Shown: positions 1-14,405 of the stretch, piece by piece | Position numbering within the stretch: the first letter of the stretch is position 1 | How the letters are laid out: the number at the start of each line of letters is the position of its first letter | From: the human T2T-CHM13v2.0 reference genome, Homo sapiens | NCBI RefSeq assembly: GCF_009914755.1 | Contig: NC_060946.1 | DNA length: 64,000 bases | Strand: one strand, 5' to 3' | The notes under the pieces: generated by a model | The model's database searches: none | What the model saw: the letters and a program-made list of their open reading frames with translations, nothing else | What the model was told of the DNA's origin: nothing | Program-made: the position numbers and the translations under genes

Positions 1-130
1 GAAGAAACCAACCCTGCTGACACCTTGATCTTGGACTTCCAGCCTCCAGAACAGCAAGAGAATAAATTCCTGTTGGTTTAGCCACCCAGGCTGTAGAATT
101 TTGCTATGGCAGTCCTAGCAGAGGAATACA
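1..130 (+). mobile_element. MaLR (MLT1-type) LTR, 3' part
   Basis: CCCTGCTGACACCTTGATCTTGGACTTCCAGCCTCCAGAAC...AATAAA...AATACA. Confidence 0.8.
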
Positions 131-249
131 TGCCCCACATGCAAAACCTATTCATTCCTTTCCCTTGAGATCTGTATGGCAGCCGCTCAAAGGCCAGGAG
201 CCAGCCAGGTGCAGGTGGGAATGCATCTCCTCAGGTGGCCTTTCTTGGG

Positions 250-1280
250 TACAGCTCCTTGAGTGCCACTTCATTCAATGGGAAGACCTGTGAGCTAAAG
301 AAATGAGTTATCTGCCCTCCCCCTCCTACTCCACAATGGTGGTTCAGGCATAGGAAAACTATTAACACCATAGGCACCCCCAAACTAAAAGCGGAGGAGC
401 AGGAGACACACAGGAGTCACTGGTCCAGAGCAATTCTGAAATCCATCCTGCTCAAGTCCCATCCTTCCTTCAGGACTTGATGAAATCCCTGCTGGCTCCC
501 TGTGCAGAGAAGCAGCAGGACCCATCAGCAAGAGTGCAGGCTTTGAGGCCAAATAGTCCTGTGTTCAAATCCTGCTCTGTCAATAAGAGAAGCTAAAAAA
601 TGAACTATTATGGCACATATTGCCAGTTCCTGGAATAGTCCTCAGTCCAACTGCCTGGGAAAGATTCCCCACATGGCTCCTGACTCTGGCCTCTTGGTTC
701 TTTCCTCTGGACCACCCTTGGGTTTCTGTAAGAAATGTCCAGTGTTTGCAGCTGAGCAGTTTTTCTTAACTTGCTTTCTGCCCATGAAGATTTTATGGTC
801 CAAAATCTCTCTTTTCATTTGGTGCCCTCTCTAACCCTTTAATTCAAAGCCAAAACAGGCCCTTTAAAAATTGTGTAGGTTTCTTATCTTATGAGTCAAT
901 TTATAATCCCTTCCATTAGACAAAAGCCATATCCACAAATCTCTTTTTCACCTTGGGCTCTTGGCAAGGCTGCCTTTATGATTCTTAGAAGCTCTATTAT
1001 TTAACAGAAAGGGTCTTCAACATATGCTGTTAAGATCCTTAGAAGGCCTTTGTCTGCTTGAAAAGGTCTATGAGGTACCACCTTAAATCTTTCTAAGGTC
1101 TTAATAAAAGGCTTTATAGTTATGTCCTTGGATTCATCTTTAAACTATTTTCCTATTAATGACCCTGGCTTTAATCTTTGCCTGGAAGTCATTTCTTATT
1201 TTGGGAAGGAAGAAAGTTTTCAAGCCAAGGAAGTCTTGGTTCCTTTATATTTAATAGTTCATTTTTTAGCTTCTCTTATT
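250..1280. mobile_element. Degenerate MaLR internal (MLT1-int-like) sequence, interrupted by the inverted-copy insertion
   Basis: Resemblance by eye (GGAGTCACTGGTCCAGAGCAATTCTGAAATCCA...TTGCCAGTTCC...GCAGCTGAGCAGTTTT). Confidence 0.5.
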
Positions 1281-1415
1281 GACAGAGCAGGATTTGAACA
1301 CAGGACTATTTGGCCTCAAAGCCTGCACTCTTGCTGATGGGTCCTGTTGCTTCTCTGCACATGGAGCCAGCAGTGATTTCATCAAGTCCTGAAGGAAGGA
1401 TGGGACTTGAGCAGG
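447..1415. repeat. 164-bp inverted duplication (arms 447-610 and 1252-1415, 641-bp spacer)
   Basis: Direct base-by-base comparison: 161/164 identical, no indels. Confidence 0.95.
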
Positions 1416-1957
1416 TAGAAGAAGGGAGGGCATGGCAGGCAGGGGTGCCACATGGATGAAGACACAGAAATGGTAGGAAATGCAAGGTGCATTAGGAGAC
1501 AGAGGCAGCCAAGTGCACGATCCCTTTCCATCCCTCTCTCCCTTGTTTTGTCCTTCACACATTCGGTTCCTACTTCCATTCCCTTATAACCACTGTTTAT
1601 GTCGTTTTGTAGCACAAGCCCTCTGATATCATCCACACTCCACTCCACCCTTCAATCGGTTGGATCACATGGGTTCCATCTTCCCTGAGAATGCCCTTCC
1701 TCATCTTGTCCACCTGGAGCATGACTTACTTATCTGTCAAGGCCCAAGATGACTGTCACCTCCTCTGTGACATTCCATATGAGTTGGGATATTCTAATGG
1801 TTATAACAACAATGCCAAATGCCTCAGTGTCTTAACACAAGAGTTTTAGTTCTCACTCAGTTGAATGAGAGTTGGCTGTGGTGAGGCAGGTGGGCTTTGC
1901 TCCCCAGTTACATGGGGGCTCATGTTCCTTCTGTCCAGTGGCCCCACCATCCTGTAG

Positions 1958-2147
1958 CACAGAAGTTTGCAAACAATGACCTGTTTTTGTAAATAAAGTT
2001 TTATTGAGACTCAGCCTCACTCATTCAGTTACACGGGCTGCTTTAGCACTTCGATGGTAGAGTTGAGTAGCTGCGACAGAGACTGTGTGGCCCAGAAAAC
2101 AGAATATTTGCCCTCGAGTGTTTACAGAAGAGGTGTGCTGATACTTG
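1958..2147. mobile_element. MER58A-like hAT-Charlie fossil inside an old MLT1-like LTR (~1775-2350)
   Basis: CCTGTTTTTGTAAATAAAGTTTTATTG...GAGTTGAGTAGCTGCGACAGAGAC...TGGCCC. Confidence 0.75.
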
Positions 2148-2372
2148 CTCTGGGGTTGGTAAGTCTGGAAAGAGAATGTGTGGAGGGTCCTTTGGGAGTG
2201 ATGCTGCACATCACTTCCTCCCACACTCCATTGGTCACAGATGGTCACATGACCCCAGCAGGCTACAAGGAGGCTGGGAAATGTAGTCTTCCTGGATGCT
2301 CAGGAGGAAAATGAAGTAGGTCCCACAGACACATAGCTTTGTCTGTCCATTTACATCGTAAATAGCTACTTA

Positions 2373-2680
2373 GGCCAATCGTGGTGGCTCACGCCTGTAA
2401 TCCCAACACTGTGGGAGGCTGAGGCAGGCAGATCACTTGAGTCCAGGAGTTTGAGACCAGCCTGGGCAACATGGCAAAACCCCATCTCTACGAAAATACA
2501 AAAAATTGGCTGGGTGTGATGGCACATGCCTGTAGTCCCAGCTACTCGAGAGGCTGAGGTGAGAGGGTCACCTAAGCCCAGGAGGTTGAAACTACAGTGA
2601 GCCAAGATCATACCAATGCACTCTAGCCTGGGTGACAGAGTGAAACCCCTGAGATGGGGGTAAAAATTTTTTTTTTTAAA
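2373..2680 (+). mobile_element. Alu (AluJ-like)
   Basis: Alu consensus; TSD-like AGCTACTTA on both sides. Confidence 0.92.
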
Positions 2681-2924
2681 GCTACTTAGTTCACAATGGC
2701 TGTAGTCTAGAATTCACCTCTTTGTGTTCTTTTCAGTTTGTGCCTGTTCCCCCACTGATCCTCAGATTCCTCTCTCTCCACTCCACCAGTGCCTGGTCCA
2801 GCTCTCCCTGCGTGCTGACACTGGGCTCCTCCCCAGACACGTCTTTGTTAACAAAACAGACTTAGCCTGTGCCCTCATGGAGCTCCTGGTCCAGCAGGAG
2901 AGACAGGCAACAAGCAAATCATCA

Positions 2925-3444
<520 letters not shown>

Positions 3445-3674
3445 TCACCAGGTGGAGAGAAGCTGGGCAGAGGAGGGACAGGCAGGGGGAACAGCCTGGG
3501 CAAGGGCCCTGAGGAGGGAGGAAACATAATGACTTAATCCTTAATCATCACAGGCCCTTATTATTATTAATTATAATCCAGCTGAGGCTCAATGAATACT
3601 TACTATGTGCCAGACAGCGTGGTAAGCACTATAATTTGCACAGCACTGTTGAGAGCGAAGCTAACAAAAGCAGA

Positions 3675-4110
3675 GGCTATTAATGTCCTGCCCATGTTCC
3701 TTCAGCCCAACCCAGGGGCACCCTGAAGACAGTTCTCTGCTTGCTGCCAGCATCTTGGGTCACTCTGCAGGCCTGAGAGGCTCAGGATGGGAGTGCTGGG
3801 AGTTGTTGCTTCCCCTCACCAATGACGGATGGGAGCTGGAGTGTAAATACCCCAGCTTCCTTGCCCCACGGCTGGCAGATCTGAGGTGTCTCCTGCTAAT
3901 GCTGCCTCTCAGAGGCCCTCAGGCGATAGAGGCCCTGTTGCTTGCAGGGGTACCCCCAGAGCAGTGCACAGTTTGTTGGCTTTTTTTGGTCCATCCCTGT
4001 CTCACTTCTCCACCCCTCCATGCTACTTTTGGGGCAACCTCCAAGAGAAACTACTTGTCCCTGAACACTTATCTCAGGGTCTGTCTTTGGAGGAAACAAA
4101 ACTAAGAAAC
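3675..4110. mobile_element. ERVL LTR (LTR16-like)
   Basis: 3' end AAACTACTTGTCCCTGAACACTTATCTCAGGGTCTGTCTTTGGAGGAAAC...AACTAAGA is typical of the LTR16/33 class. Confidence 0.6.
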
Positions 4111-4223
4111 TATTAAGTATCCCATTTGCTGGATGAAGGAACTGAGGCGCAAAGAAGTTAACACAGAGTAGCCAGGAAAAACAAAACTGAAGGAAGGTCT
4201 TTGAAATGAAAGTGCCAAAAATG

Positions 4224-4249
4224 CGTGTGTGTGTGTGTGTGTGTGTGTG
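4224..4249. repeat. (GT)n microsatellite
   Basis: Direct. Confidence 0.95.
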
Positions 4250-5682
4250 ACACAGACAGCCAGGAGATGGCGGTGGGGGTAGTGAGGCGAGATGAGCCTG
4301 GTGAGGTGCGTGCACACCAGGGCAAGGATTTGGGTCACTAACTAGGGGCACGGGAGGCCTCTGAAGGCTTTAGACAGGCAGGGTGACATGTTATGACGTG
4401 AGAACACAGGCACCCTGGAGACCTAGGCGAACCTGGATTAAAAGGGTCCAAGCAGATGTAAGGAGGTGATTAGGAGGCTTCGGTGGTCATTCTAGGGGGC
4501 CCTGGGGACCTGCCGGGCAGGGGCCACTGAGCTCTTCGTGATCTCCAGAGCCCTGGGGTCCACATGCAGACCAGGACACAGTGTGTGTCCTAAGGAGGAC
4601 ATGCACTGCCTGCCTCTGTCCCTCCCCTCCCCAAACCCCTTCCCCTTCCTCTTAGGTCATGGAGACCCTCCATACTCCCACCTCAGGGTCTCTGGCCTGG
4701 GGACAGTGTGGGCTGGGGAGCCAGGCACCCCTGCAGCCTGGCCAGGCTGGGAGCTGCAGCAAGAAGGCCAGCCAGACCTCCTGACCAGCAGCCGGCCAGG
4801 CCCCAGAGGCGAGCACGTGTCTGGGCGGGTGCCACTGTCTGCCCCAGTGCCCTGAGCTCGCCGCACTGCCGAGCAGATGGCCTTGTAAGTGAGTGCGATC
4901 AGAACAGGGTCAGGAGGGTCTGCTGGTCCTACCTTCTCCTCCACCTCTGCTGGGTTCCACTGCCTTGGCCGCTGTCCTGGAGGTGTTGACCAGCTTGGCT
5001 GGCCAGGGGCGCCGTGCAGTCAGTTGTGGCAAACTGTGGTGTGATATGACCCAGGCGTCCAGTCATGCAGGGTGCAGGGGACACGGATCCTGGGGGCTCT
5101 GGTGAAGCTGAGGCAGGACTGGAGTGGGGGAAAGTGGTAGGAGAGTGGCAAGGGGCATTGGCCACCCTGCAGTCACCTCGGGGAGCTCCTGACTGCACGT
5201 TGAGCCCCTGAGTGTGTGGCTTGAGGTGTCGGCAGGACTGGTGTCCCTAGGGAGGAGCAGAAGGGAACTGGAATTTGCTGGGGGCTTACTATGTGCCTGG
5301 TCTTCAGTAGCTGCTTCCTTGGGTTATTACTGGCCCCTTGCCCCACTTCAGAAGCCCTCCCTCCACCCTTCTTGGGGGACTTTTTCTCCAACCCTCCAGG
5401 CTAGGGGTTCCAGCTCCCCCGGTTCACAGTGTTTATGACCTGGGTCTTCCTTTTACCCTGGGACAGGCCCTGAAGGACAGCAGTTTCTCTGCAGGCCTTT
5501 CCTCCAGCATCTCCAGCCACAGGGTCCTTCCCGGGCACCTGCTTGTCTGCTTGAGCTGCTTCTTTGTGAGCAAATGAATAAAGGTTCTATGCGAGTCCCA
5601 CTCCCTGCATGCGAGAGTAATCAGCTTCACCTTTCTGAGCCTCAGCTTCCTCATCTGTAAAATGGGCAAAATCACTCCCACC

Positions 5683-5995
5683 GGCCGGGTGCGGTGGCTC
5701 ACACCTGTAATCCCAGTACTTTGGGAGGCCGAGGCAGGCGGATCACCTGAAGTCAGGAGTTCGAGACCCTAACACGGTGAAACCCCGTCTCTACTAAAAG
5801 TACAAAAATTAGCCGGGCGCAGTGGCATGTGCCTGTAGTCCCAGCTACTCAGGAAGTTAAGGCAGGAGAATCACTTGAACCCAGGAGGTAGAGGTTGTAG
5901 TGAGCGGAGATCGTGCCACTGCACTCCAGCCTGGGCGACAGAGCAAGACTCTGTCTAAAAAAAAAACACACACACACACACACAAAACAAAAAAC
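5683..5995 (+). mobile_element. Alu (AluS) inserted into a MIR
   Basis: TSD AAATCACTCCCACC; MIR core CTCAGCTTCCTCATCTGTAAAATGG upstream. Confidence 0.93.
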
Positions 5996-6896
5996 AAATC
6001 ACTCCCACCTTGAAAGGTTGTTGCAAGGATTAAAGAAGATGAAGGAGGTGGAAGCCTGGCACAGAGGAAGTGCTGATCAGAGGCGCACTGCCAGCCATGT
6101 GGCTGGGGCAAGTCTCTGCACCTCTCTGAGCCTCCCTGCCTCAGCCCTAAAGTAGCCCTGCCCTGCACAAGGAAGGGAGGGAGAGAAGGGAAGCTGACAT
6201 AGTGTGTGAGCTGCGAGGGTTGTGCACTGGGACAGCTTGGGCCTGTATCTTCCCATCCATGTGATTTGAGGTTTGGGTAGGTGAAGGCATCTCCCTGCTC
6301 CACCCAGCACTGGCAGTCCAGGGATCTTGGAGCCCCCCTGACCCACGTGGCTCTCCCTCCCTCCATTACTCACCTTTCTTTGGGCCTTTGCACTGCTTTT
6401 GCAACCCGGTAGGGGCTGGTGCCGGGCCCGTCTTGCATGAGGCCCCAAGGCTGCCCATGCTGTGTGGGGGAGGAGTGGGATCCCTACTTTACCTCAAGGC
6501 TCAGCCCTGGGCAACACCGCCATATCCTGGTGTCTGCCACTCTCTCGGGAGTTGGGAGTCCCAGAGGCTGCAAGAGAAGGGAACATGTGGCAACTCCAGA
6601 AGGGTGAGGACAGAGAAGGGGGCTCTGCTGAGAGCTCCTGCTGCAGGCTGGGGACTGCTGTAGCCACCCCCTCTGAAATGCAGTGAGAACAGCTGCCCTG
6701 GCCAGGCCCCCACTATGTGCTCGGCGTGCTCCTACGGCACGTCTCACCTTCACAGTGGCCCAGCAAGGGAGTAACAACCATCCCATTTTACAGATGGGGA
6801 AGCTGAGGTTCCAATAGACTCACCCAAGGTAATTCCCAAGTGTGTCTGGCTGCTTCCACCATTCCACGGGCTGCTGTTATCATAGAATCAATGTCA

Positions 6897-7035
6897 AGCT
6901 GGGCGCAGTGGCATGCACCTGTGATCTCAGCTACTCGGGAGGCTGAGGCAGGAGGACTGCTTGAGGTCAGGCGCTCAAGATCAGCCTGGGCAATATAGCG
7001 AGACTTGGTCTCTTAAAAAAAAAAAGCAAAAGAGA
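6897..7035 (+). mobile_element. Alu monomer (FLAM-like)
   Basis: Single ~130-bp Alu arm followed by an A tail. Confidence 0.8.
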
Positions 7036-7529
7036 AAGAGAGAGAATCACTGGTCTTTTCTAACCTACCATTTTCCAGAGGGAGTGAGCCCCCAGGGAGT
7101 GGCTGGGTCATAACAACAGCAATGGTGGAGGGAGGACTCCAGTGAAGCCCGCCTCCCTCCTCCACCCCTCCCTTTTGGTCTTCTGCAGCTGTTTATGGAC
7201 GTTCTCCTTGTGCAGGCGTTGTTCCCATCCTGAGTTCCAATCCGACTCTGGCTCACACCACATGCCTCCTGGGAGTGCCCATCACACGCCGGCCAAGGCG
7301 TGTGTGAGGTCCTCCCTGAAGGGTGGTGGACAGAGGTTCAAGCTAAAACACAGGTCTATCAGCCCAGCCGAGGAGGCCCTGGAGAGGCTGCTGGGGGGTC
7401 AGACAGCACAGGTTCCCCTCACCCCCCGCCCCAGGCCAGTCCTGCACCTCGCTGAGCCTTGGTGCTCTGTAACTGTCTCATGAGTGAAGGCATGAATGAG
7501 GGAAACCGTGAGGACACCCAATCCCTTAA

Positions 7530-7960
<431 letters not shown>

Positions 7961-10923
7961 TAAAATCATATTTTCTGACCTGAAATAATACCCACCAGAT
8001 ATTGTTAAATGAAAAGAGATAAGTTCCAAATTTCATATATGGCATTATCACATTTTGTTTTTGGCTTCAAAATATGTACATATTTGTACATGTGGAGGAG
8101 AAAGGGAGGAGGTGCACATGCCTGGATGTGATGGGTGGCTATCTCTGAGTGGTAGGATTTGAATATTTTCTACTTTCTTCTTTATGCTTTTTAGTAATAG
8201 TTTCTTTTTTTTTTAAATAAACACACATTATTTCCATGCTTGTAAAAAAGCCATAGTTACTACAGATGATTTGGAAATCACCTATAAAGCACTGAACGTT
8301 TACTATATATCATGCCTTCTAAAAGTAGGTTTTATATATCTCCATCCACCCACAAAAACTGGTAAGGTTAGTGGTATTATTCCCATTTCATAAACAAGAA
8401 AATTGAGGGCCAGAGAGGATCAGTGCTTTGTCCAAGGACACACCGCTGCAATCCTAATTCCACTCGTCTGATATGAAAGCAGTGCTCTAACCTCTAAACC
8501 TTGGCTGCATCCAGAGGGTCTACAGGGGATGTCAGATGTAGCCCCTGCCCTCTAGATGGTGACCCTGTCTTTGCTCTCCTGGTCTCTTGCCCTCATTCTC
8601 TTCTCTGGTCACTCCTCTCTGCCCCCCGGAACCAGTTACATAATGGCTTCGGTGAAAATACACTTTCCCTCTCAGATCACAGGTGAAACTCGAAAGCTGC
8701 CCATTCAATATTTTCTCCTAATGAGCCTTCCTAGGCTTCTTGCCTTTTTAGAATGGAAACAAGCTCTTCGCTGCCATTCTCCTCATATTCATCAGCTCTG
8801 TTTGCTGGCAGGGCAGAAGAGTGAACGGGCATCGTATACATAAACATCATACGATCCACAGAGGGCTGGCCAGCCCGAGTTCTTAATCCTGGCTCCATCA
8901 CTGACAATTTGCAACCCGGAGAAGTCACTCTCTCTGTGTTTTCTGTCTCTAAAGTAAATAAAGGATAACACACTTTAAAAATCAATTGGTGTTCTGAACA
9001 AAAAGGATGGGTGTGTGAAATGAGGACAACTCTAAGGGGCTGAAAATACATTTCCCCAAGTTTTGCAAATGCTGGAGATGGTGCAAGCCTTGTCCTACCT
9101 TACCCCTCATCCCCATCAGCTCTTGGTCTCCTTACCTCCAGGCACCTTCTCTCCCACTCCACCCTCCAATTCCTCCAGGCTGATCTTTCCAAAGCAAAAA
9201 TCCAGGTGAGTCACTTCTGATAATGGCTCTCCACTCCCTTCTGGAGAAAGTCCAACTCCTCTGCTCTGGGTACAAAGAGCTCCATGTTCTTGCTTCATCC
9301 TTGTCTCTGACCTCACCTGCTGGGCACCCGTCTCTCCCCAAACCCTACAACGCACACGGTTCCCCAAGAGGGCCTCCAGCTTCATGCCTCAGGGCCTTTG
9401 CATATGCTTCCCTTTGTCTGGAATTCTCTTCCCTGGCTAACATCAGGTATTTCCCTGCAAGGTCCTGGAAACCCTTCCTAGGCAGCAGACCTGGAGCTCC
9501 TCCAGGCCACCTCCTCAGTCCTCCCTGATCTCCAATGCAGGGCAGGACCCTGGACAGAGATGAATGCTGGAATGGGAAGCACAGGTGCAAAACCAAAGGC
9601 TTCCTTCTGCATCTCCAGGATGGGCACCAATCGTCCAGTAGATGTGGCTTAGTGTAAATTTCAGTTCCCATCCTGGGATCAACTGAATCTGTGCTTCTTG
9701 CCACTCCAGCTTGGGCCAGGAAGTTTTTAGTATTCCATTTTTAAAACCACAACATTTTAGCACCAAAATGAATGCATTTTATTTATAGACATGGAAGCAG
9801 GTTGCCTCTTGCCCCCATCTCTCCTTCCAGAAGATGGTCTATCCAATGCATGTTTCCCAGATACGGAAAACTACAGGGCTCCTTTCACAGCAGAAACACC
9901 GTCCAGGGAAACCTGCCTGGCGGGCTTCTCCTACCCCATCCACATCTGAATGGATGCGGCAGGGAAGGGCCTGGGTGTCACAGAGGCAGTGCTTTGGAAC
10001 TGGGCAACTGTTTCTGAACACCCACCCCAAACACGACCGGCCCCACAGTGTGTCCACCCTCCCAGTCACCTCGGCTTCCCCGCCCTCTCTGGCTGAATCA
10101 GGTGATGTCAAGAGGCAGCTCTAAAAGATGCTGCGGAATGGCCAGCCCAGAGCCATGGAAGAGGACAAGAGGCCAGGTCCCAGGCCAAACCGCTCTTACA
10201 GAAGGCAAGAATCGTGGAGGACAACAAACAGAACCTTCTTCGGAGATCCTAAAGGAGACAGAGGGGCGGTTCCTCTAACCTCCCTCAGGATTTGAAAGAT
10301 CAACGCTTTTTGGGTTCCACTGGAGTTTAGAAATCAAGAGTCGGCTCCTTTTTCTCCTCTATGGATGGCAGGTGATTCTAGGGCAGGGTATGCATCTCTG
10401 GTGTCCATCCACACCTCCCACACTCATCGGACTTTACGGAGGTCCAGCGTTGGGCACTAGGAAAAGAAAGTGGTCAAGCTCCACCTCTGAGGGGTCACTG
10501 ATGAGCCAATGATGCCTAGAGGGTGCCAGGTGCTATGACCTTCAAATCCTGCTTAAACATCACCTTCCAAGGAAGGTCTTCCCGACTTCCCTGTTTAATA
10601 TTGCAGCCCCCACCCTGGCACGTCCTCTGCACGCCTCTGCTCTATTGCAACCTAACAGACTGCAAAATTTACCTATTCAATCAAACACCTCGCTCACCCC
10701 CCTTGAACGTAAGCACCCTGAGGGGAGGCATTTTTGTGTTACTCACTGACAAAATCCCAAGATATAGAACAGGGATTGGCACATAGTAGGTGCTCAGCAA
10801 CTGCTTGATTCAAGCATTCATTCAGCAAATGCCTTCTTTCAGGAATAAAATCTGCAGACGCAGCATGCATTTTGTCAATGTTTGCTCATTGAGAGTGGGT
10901 TCTTTAGGCAAGTGAAGTAATTA

Positions 10924-11285
<362 letters not shown>

Positions 11286-14159
11286 GCTCTGATGTCCATC
11301 CACCTCTGGCTTCCTGTTGCCTTTGGAATAAAATAGAAATTCCTCCCACTGTGGACCCTCCCTATCTCACCTTCCTCTCCTTCCCCGGCACACACCAGGG
11401 TATGTCTTCACCGGCCTTAAGTTCCTCCATGTTCCAAGCTTGTTCGTGCCTCAGGGCCTTTGCACTTGCTGACCTTCTTGCTGAATCTCAGTGCAAATGT
11501 CCCTTCTTCTCATAGTCCTTCCTATCCCCCCAAACCAGTTACCCCACAAATCAACACCCATCTCAGCTCCGTTTTGTCATCTGCACTGCCTCAAATTATC
11601 TTGATCATTTATTTACTTGTAGAACCAGTTTATTGGAGAATCTCGAATCCATGGGCTCTGAAACAAAACCATTTTACTTTTTCCTAATTACTTTTTTCCA
11701 TCAAGCTCTGCAGAGGTCCCCTTCCTGCTGGGTCTTCCTAGCAGGCTGATCCCGACACGTTTCAGACCATCCTAGTCACTGAAAGGCAGGCCAGGCCAGC
11801 TCAAAGCTTCCAAAGTGTTTGTTCAAATCTCTTTTCCAGAAGGGTGGGGAGGGGAGCAAGATCTTTTCTTCCTCTCTCTGGAGTAACTTGGAACAGAGGG
11901 GCCAGGGAGGAGCTGCGTGTCTTCTCCACAGGCCTCCTCTGGGTCTGGTTCCATCTGTTATCTCCGTGGTGGCAGGGGGTGGGGGAGGTACTTGGTTGTT
12001 TTGGGGCTGAGCCTCCTCTGTTGCTGGGGTCTCCTCAGGAAGGGGCAGCCACATTCCCCTCCAGCCCTGCCAGGGGAAGAGGCCCCCTGCCCTTTTCCAG
12101 GTAGGAAACAGCTCCCTTTGTCAGTACCTGGCTGGCTGGTCACATGACTCCACTCCATGTGGGTCCTTCTAGGAGCCTTCCGTGGAACACCCGTGCCGCC
12201 CTTCCAGACGCGGTCCTTGCTTTTCCCACTGCTGGTGCAGGCTTCTCCCCAAGCCTCTCCCCATGGAACGCCCCCCAGAGGGGACCAAACAGCTCTGGGG
12301 ATGTGTGCTGAGCTTCCCAAGGGTGCCCTCGCCACCCTGTGCTGCAGCTGGCACCAGGTTTCTGCAGCTCAGAGAGCATCCGGCTGGGGGTGTGGTGCCA
12401 GCCCCCTCTTCCTGGCAGCATCCTGTCTCAGGAGGATCCTCTTGGGCCTCCTTCCCTTGGCGGGGCAAGGGGGTGATGGGGGGGGCACCCACTCACCAAC
12501 ACAGTGGCCACCCTCACTCCCATCTCTCTTGACCATTCCAATCTTATACAGACAGGGAGGAGTGGGGAGTAGGGGGAAGGGGAGCTCACAGCAGCAGGAC
12601 CAATTCTTCCGCCTCTACTAGGGCCATGGGGAAGGGGGCTGGCCCTAAGCTTCCATGATCTCTTTAGGAGGTGGTTTATTTAGCATCTTTGTCCACAGCT
12701 GTGGCCCTGGTAACCAATTCTGGGGCAACCGGAAATGTCCCCGCTGCATCCCCTTGGTTATGGTGAGCCTTCCCTTTTGGAACATGTGACACGAAACCAG
12801 CAGCCTGGCGTTGCTAGTGCCTAGGAAAATGCCCGGCAAATGGTAGGCCCTTGGTAACTACTTGCTGAAGGCATGACGCGGCCGCTACAGTGGCTTCATG
12901 TTGAGTAACAGGAAAAGAAGGGGGACGCGAGAGCCTGACCTTGGCTGACACCGTGTGCCCAGATGCCCTGCACACCCGTTACTTCACTTCTCACAGTGAC
13001 CTTGAGAGGCAGCCTAACCCCCACCTGCTCCCAGCCAAGCTCGGGAGGAGGCAGAAGAGGACGGCGGCTGGGAGCTGGGCTCTGGCGTCCACGATCGTGG
13101 CTCGGCCACCCCTTGGCTAAGTGTCTTAATTCTCTGACTCCAGCTCCTCATTTGTAAAAGGGGGATGGTAAGACTCTGCGCTGTAAGGACTAAATTAGCG
13201 AATATATGACATGTGCTTAGCTCATGTAGAGACATGGCAGGTCGTAAACAGGAACCAGGGCAATTTCCATTATTGCCATTATCACTGGGACAGGCCCAGG
13301 TCGGTCCACCCCAACGCTGGCACTCTGCATGACGCCCCTAGCTCCTGTGGAGGGAGAGTGATGAAGTCCTCTGGGGCACGGGGGCTGAAAGAAGCCGAGA
13401 CCCCTGGGGGAAGGTGACAGTCAGGGAAGGCCTTGGATGCCAGACCTTGGCCGGCATCCTGATGTAAGGTGGTGAGGCACCTCTGTGGGTCTTTAATCAG
13501 GGGAGTGAGACGATGAAAGTGGTGTTTTAGAAGATTAATCTGGCAGCAGAGACAGGATGGAGAACAGTCAAGCTCAGTGCAAATAATGATGCCAGCTGCC
13601 CAGCTCCCCGAGGCAGGCAGGAGCCCTGGCCTCCCTGCGCTCAGCCTTCCCTGCAGCCATAGAGGCTGGACCTGCCACCAAGAGACAGGCACCAAGGAAG
13701 GCCGGCAGAGGGCACTGTTCTGCCAGTGACAGGAACTACCTCCAGGGAGGTCTGGCATCTGGCTAGCCAGGAGCAAGCAGCAGAACGGACTCTGTCAGAA
13801 TAAGGGGGCCATCAGCCCCATCTCAGCCTTGGGACAGGTTCTGAGCTGGGCATTTCAGCTGTGGGAAACCGTAAGCAAACGCTGGGCCAGGCCCTTTCAA
13901 TACCCACTGCGGGCTTCGCTTTTGCAGTGGGAGGCCCTTTAAGGAGCCGGTGCACCCTGCCGCGCAGTGGGCAGGACCACCCCCTCGAGCAAGGCGACGT
14001 CCCGAAGCACCAGCCTCACAGAAGGGAGGGCCAGGGTCCCAAGTGGGGCTCCCGGCTGCCCTGGAACCGGCAGTGACGCAGTGGCCAAAGTGTACAGTGG
14101 AACTAGGGCCACCCAGGCCAAGAGTGGAAGGAGCTGCTGCTTCGACATTTTCTCCTAAT

Positions 14160-14165
14160 TTTATT
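14160..14165 (-). terminator. IFT27: IFT27 polyadenylation signal AATAAA
   Basis: TTTATT on + strand, ~80 nt after the stop codon. Confidence 0.85.
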
Positions 14166-14243
14166 TAAAGCCATCATTATATATTAAAAGAGCAGAGGTA
14201 ATTCTGTCTTCTCCGGTTGTGCAGCACGATCTGCTCCAGCTCG

Positions 14244-14405
<162 letters not shown>

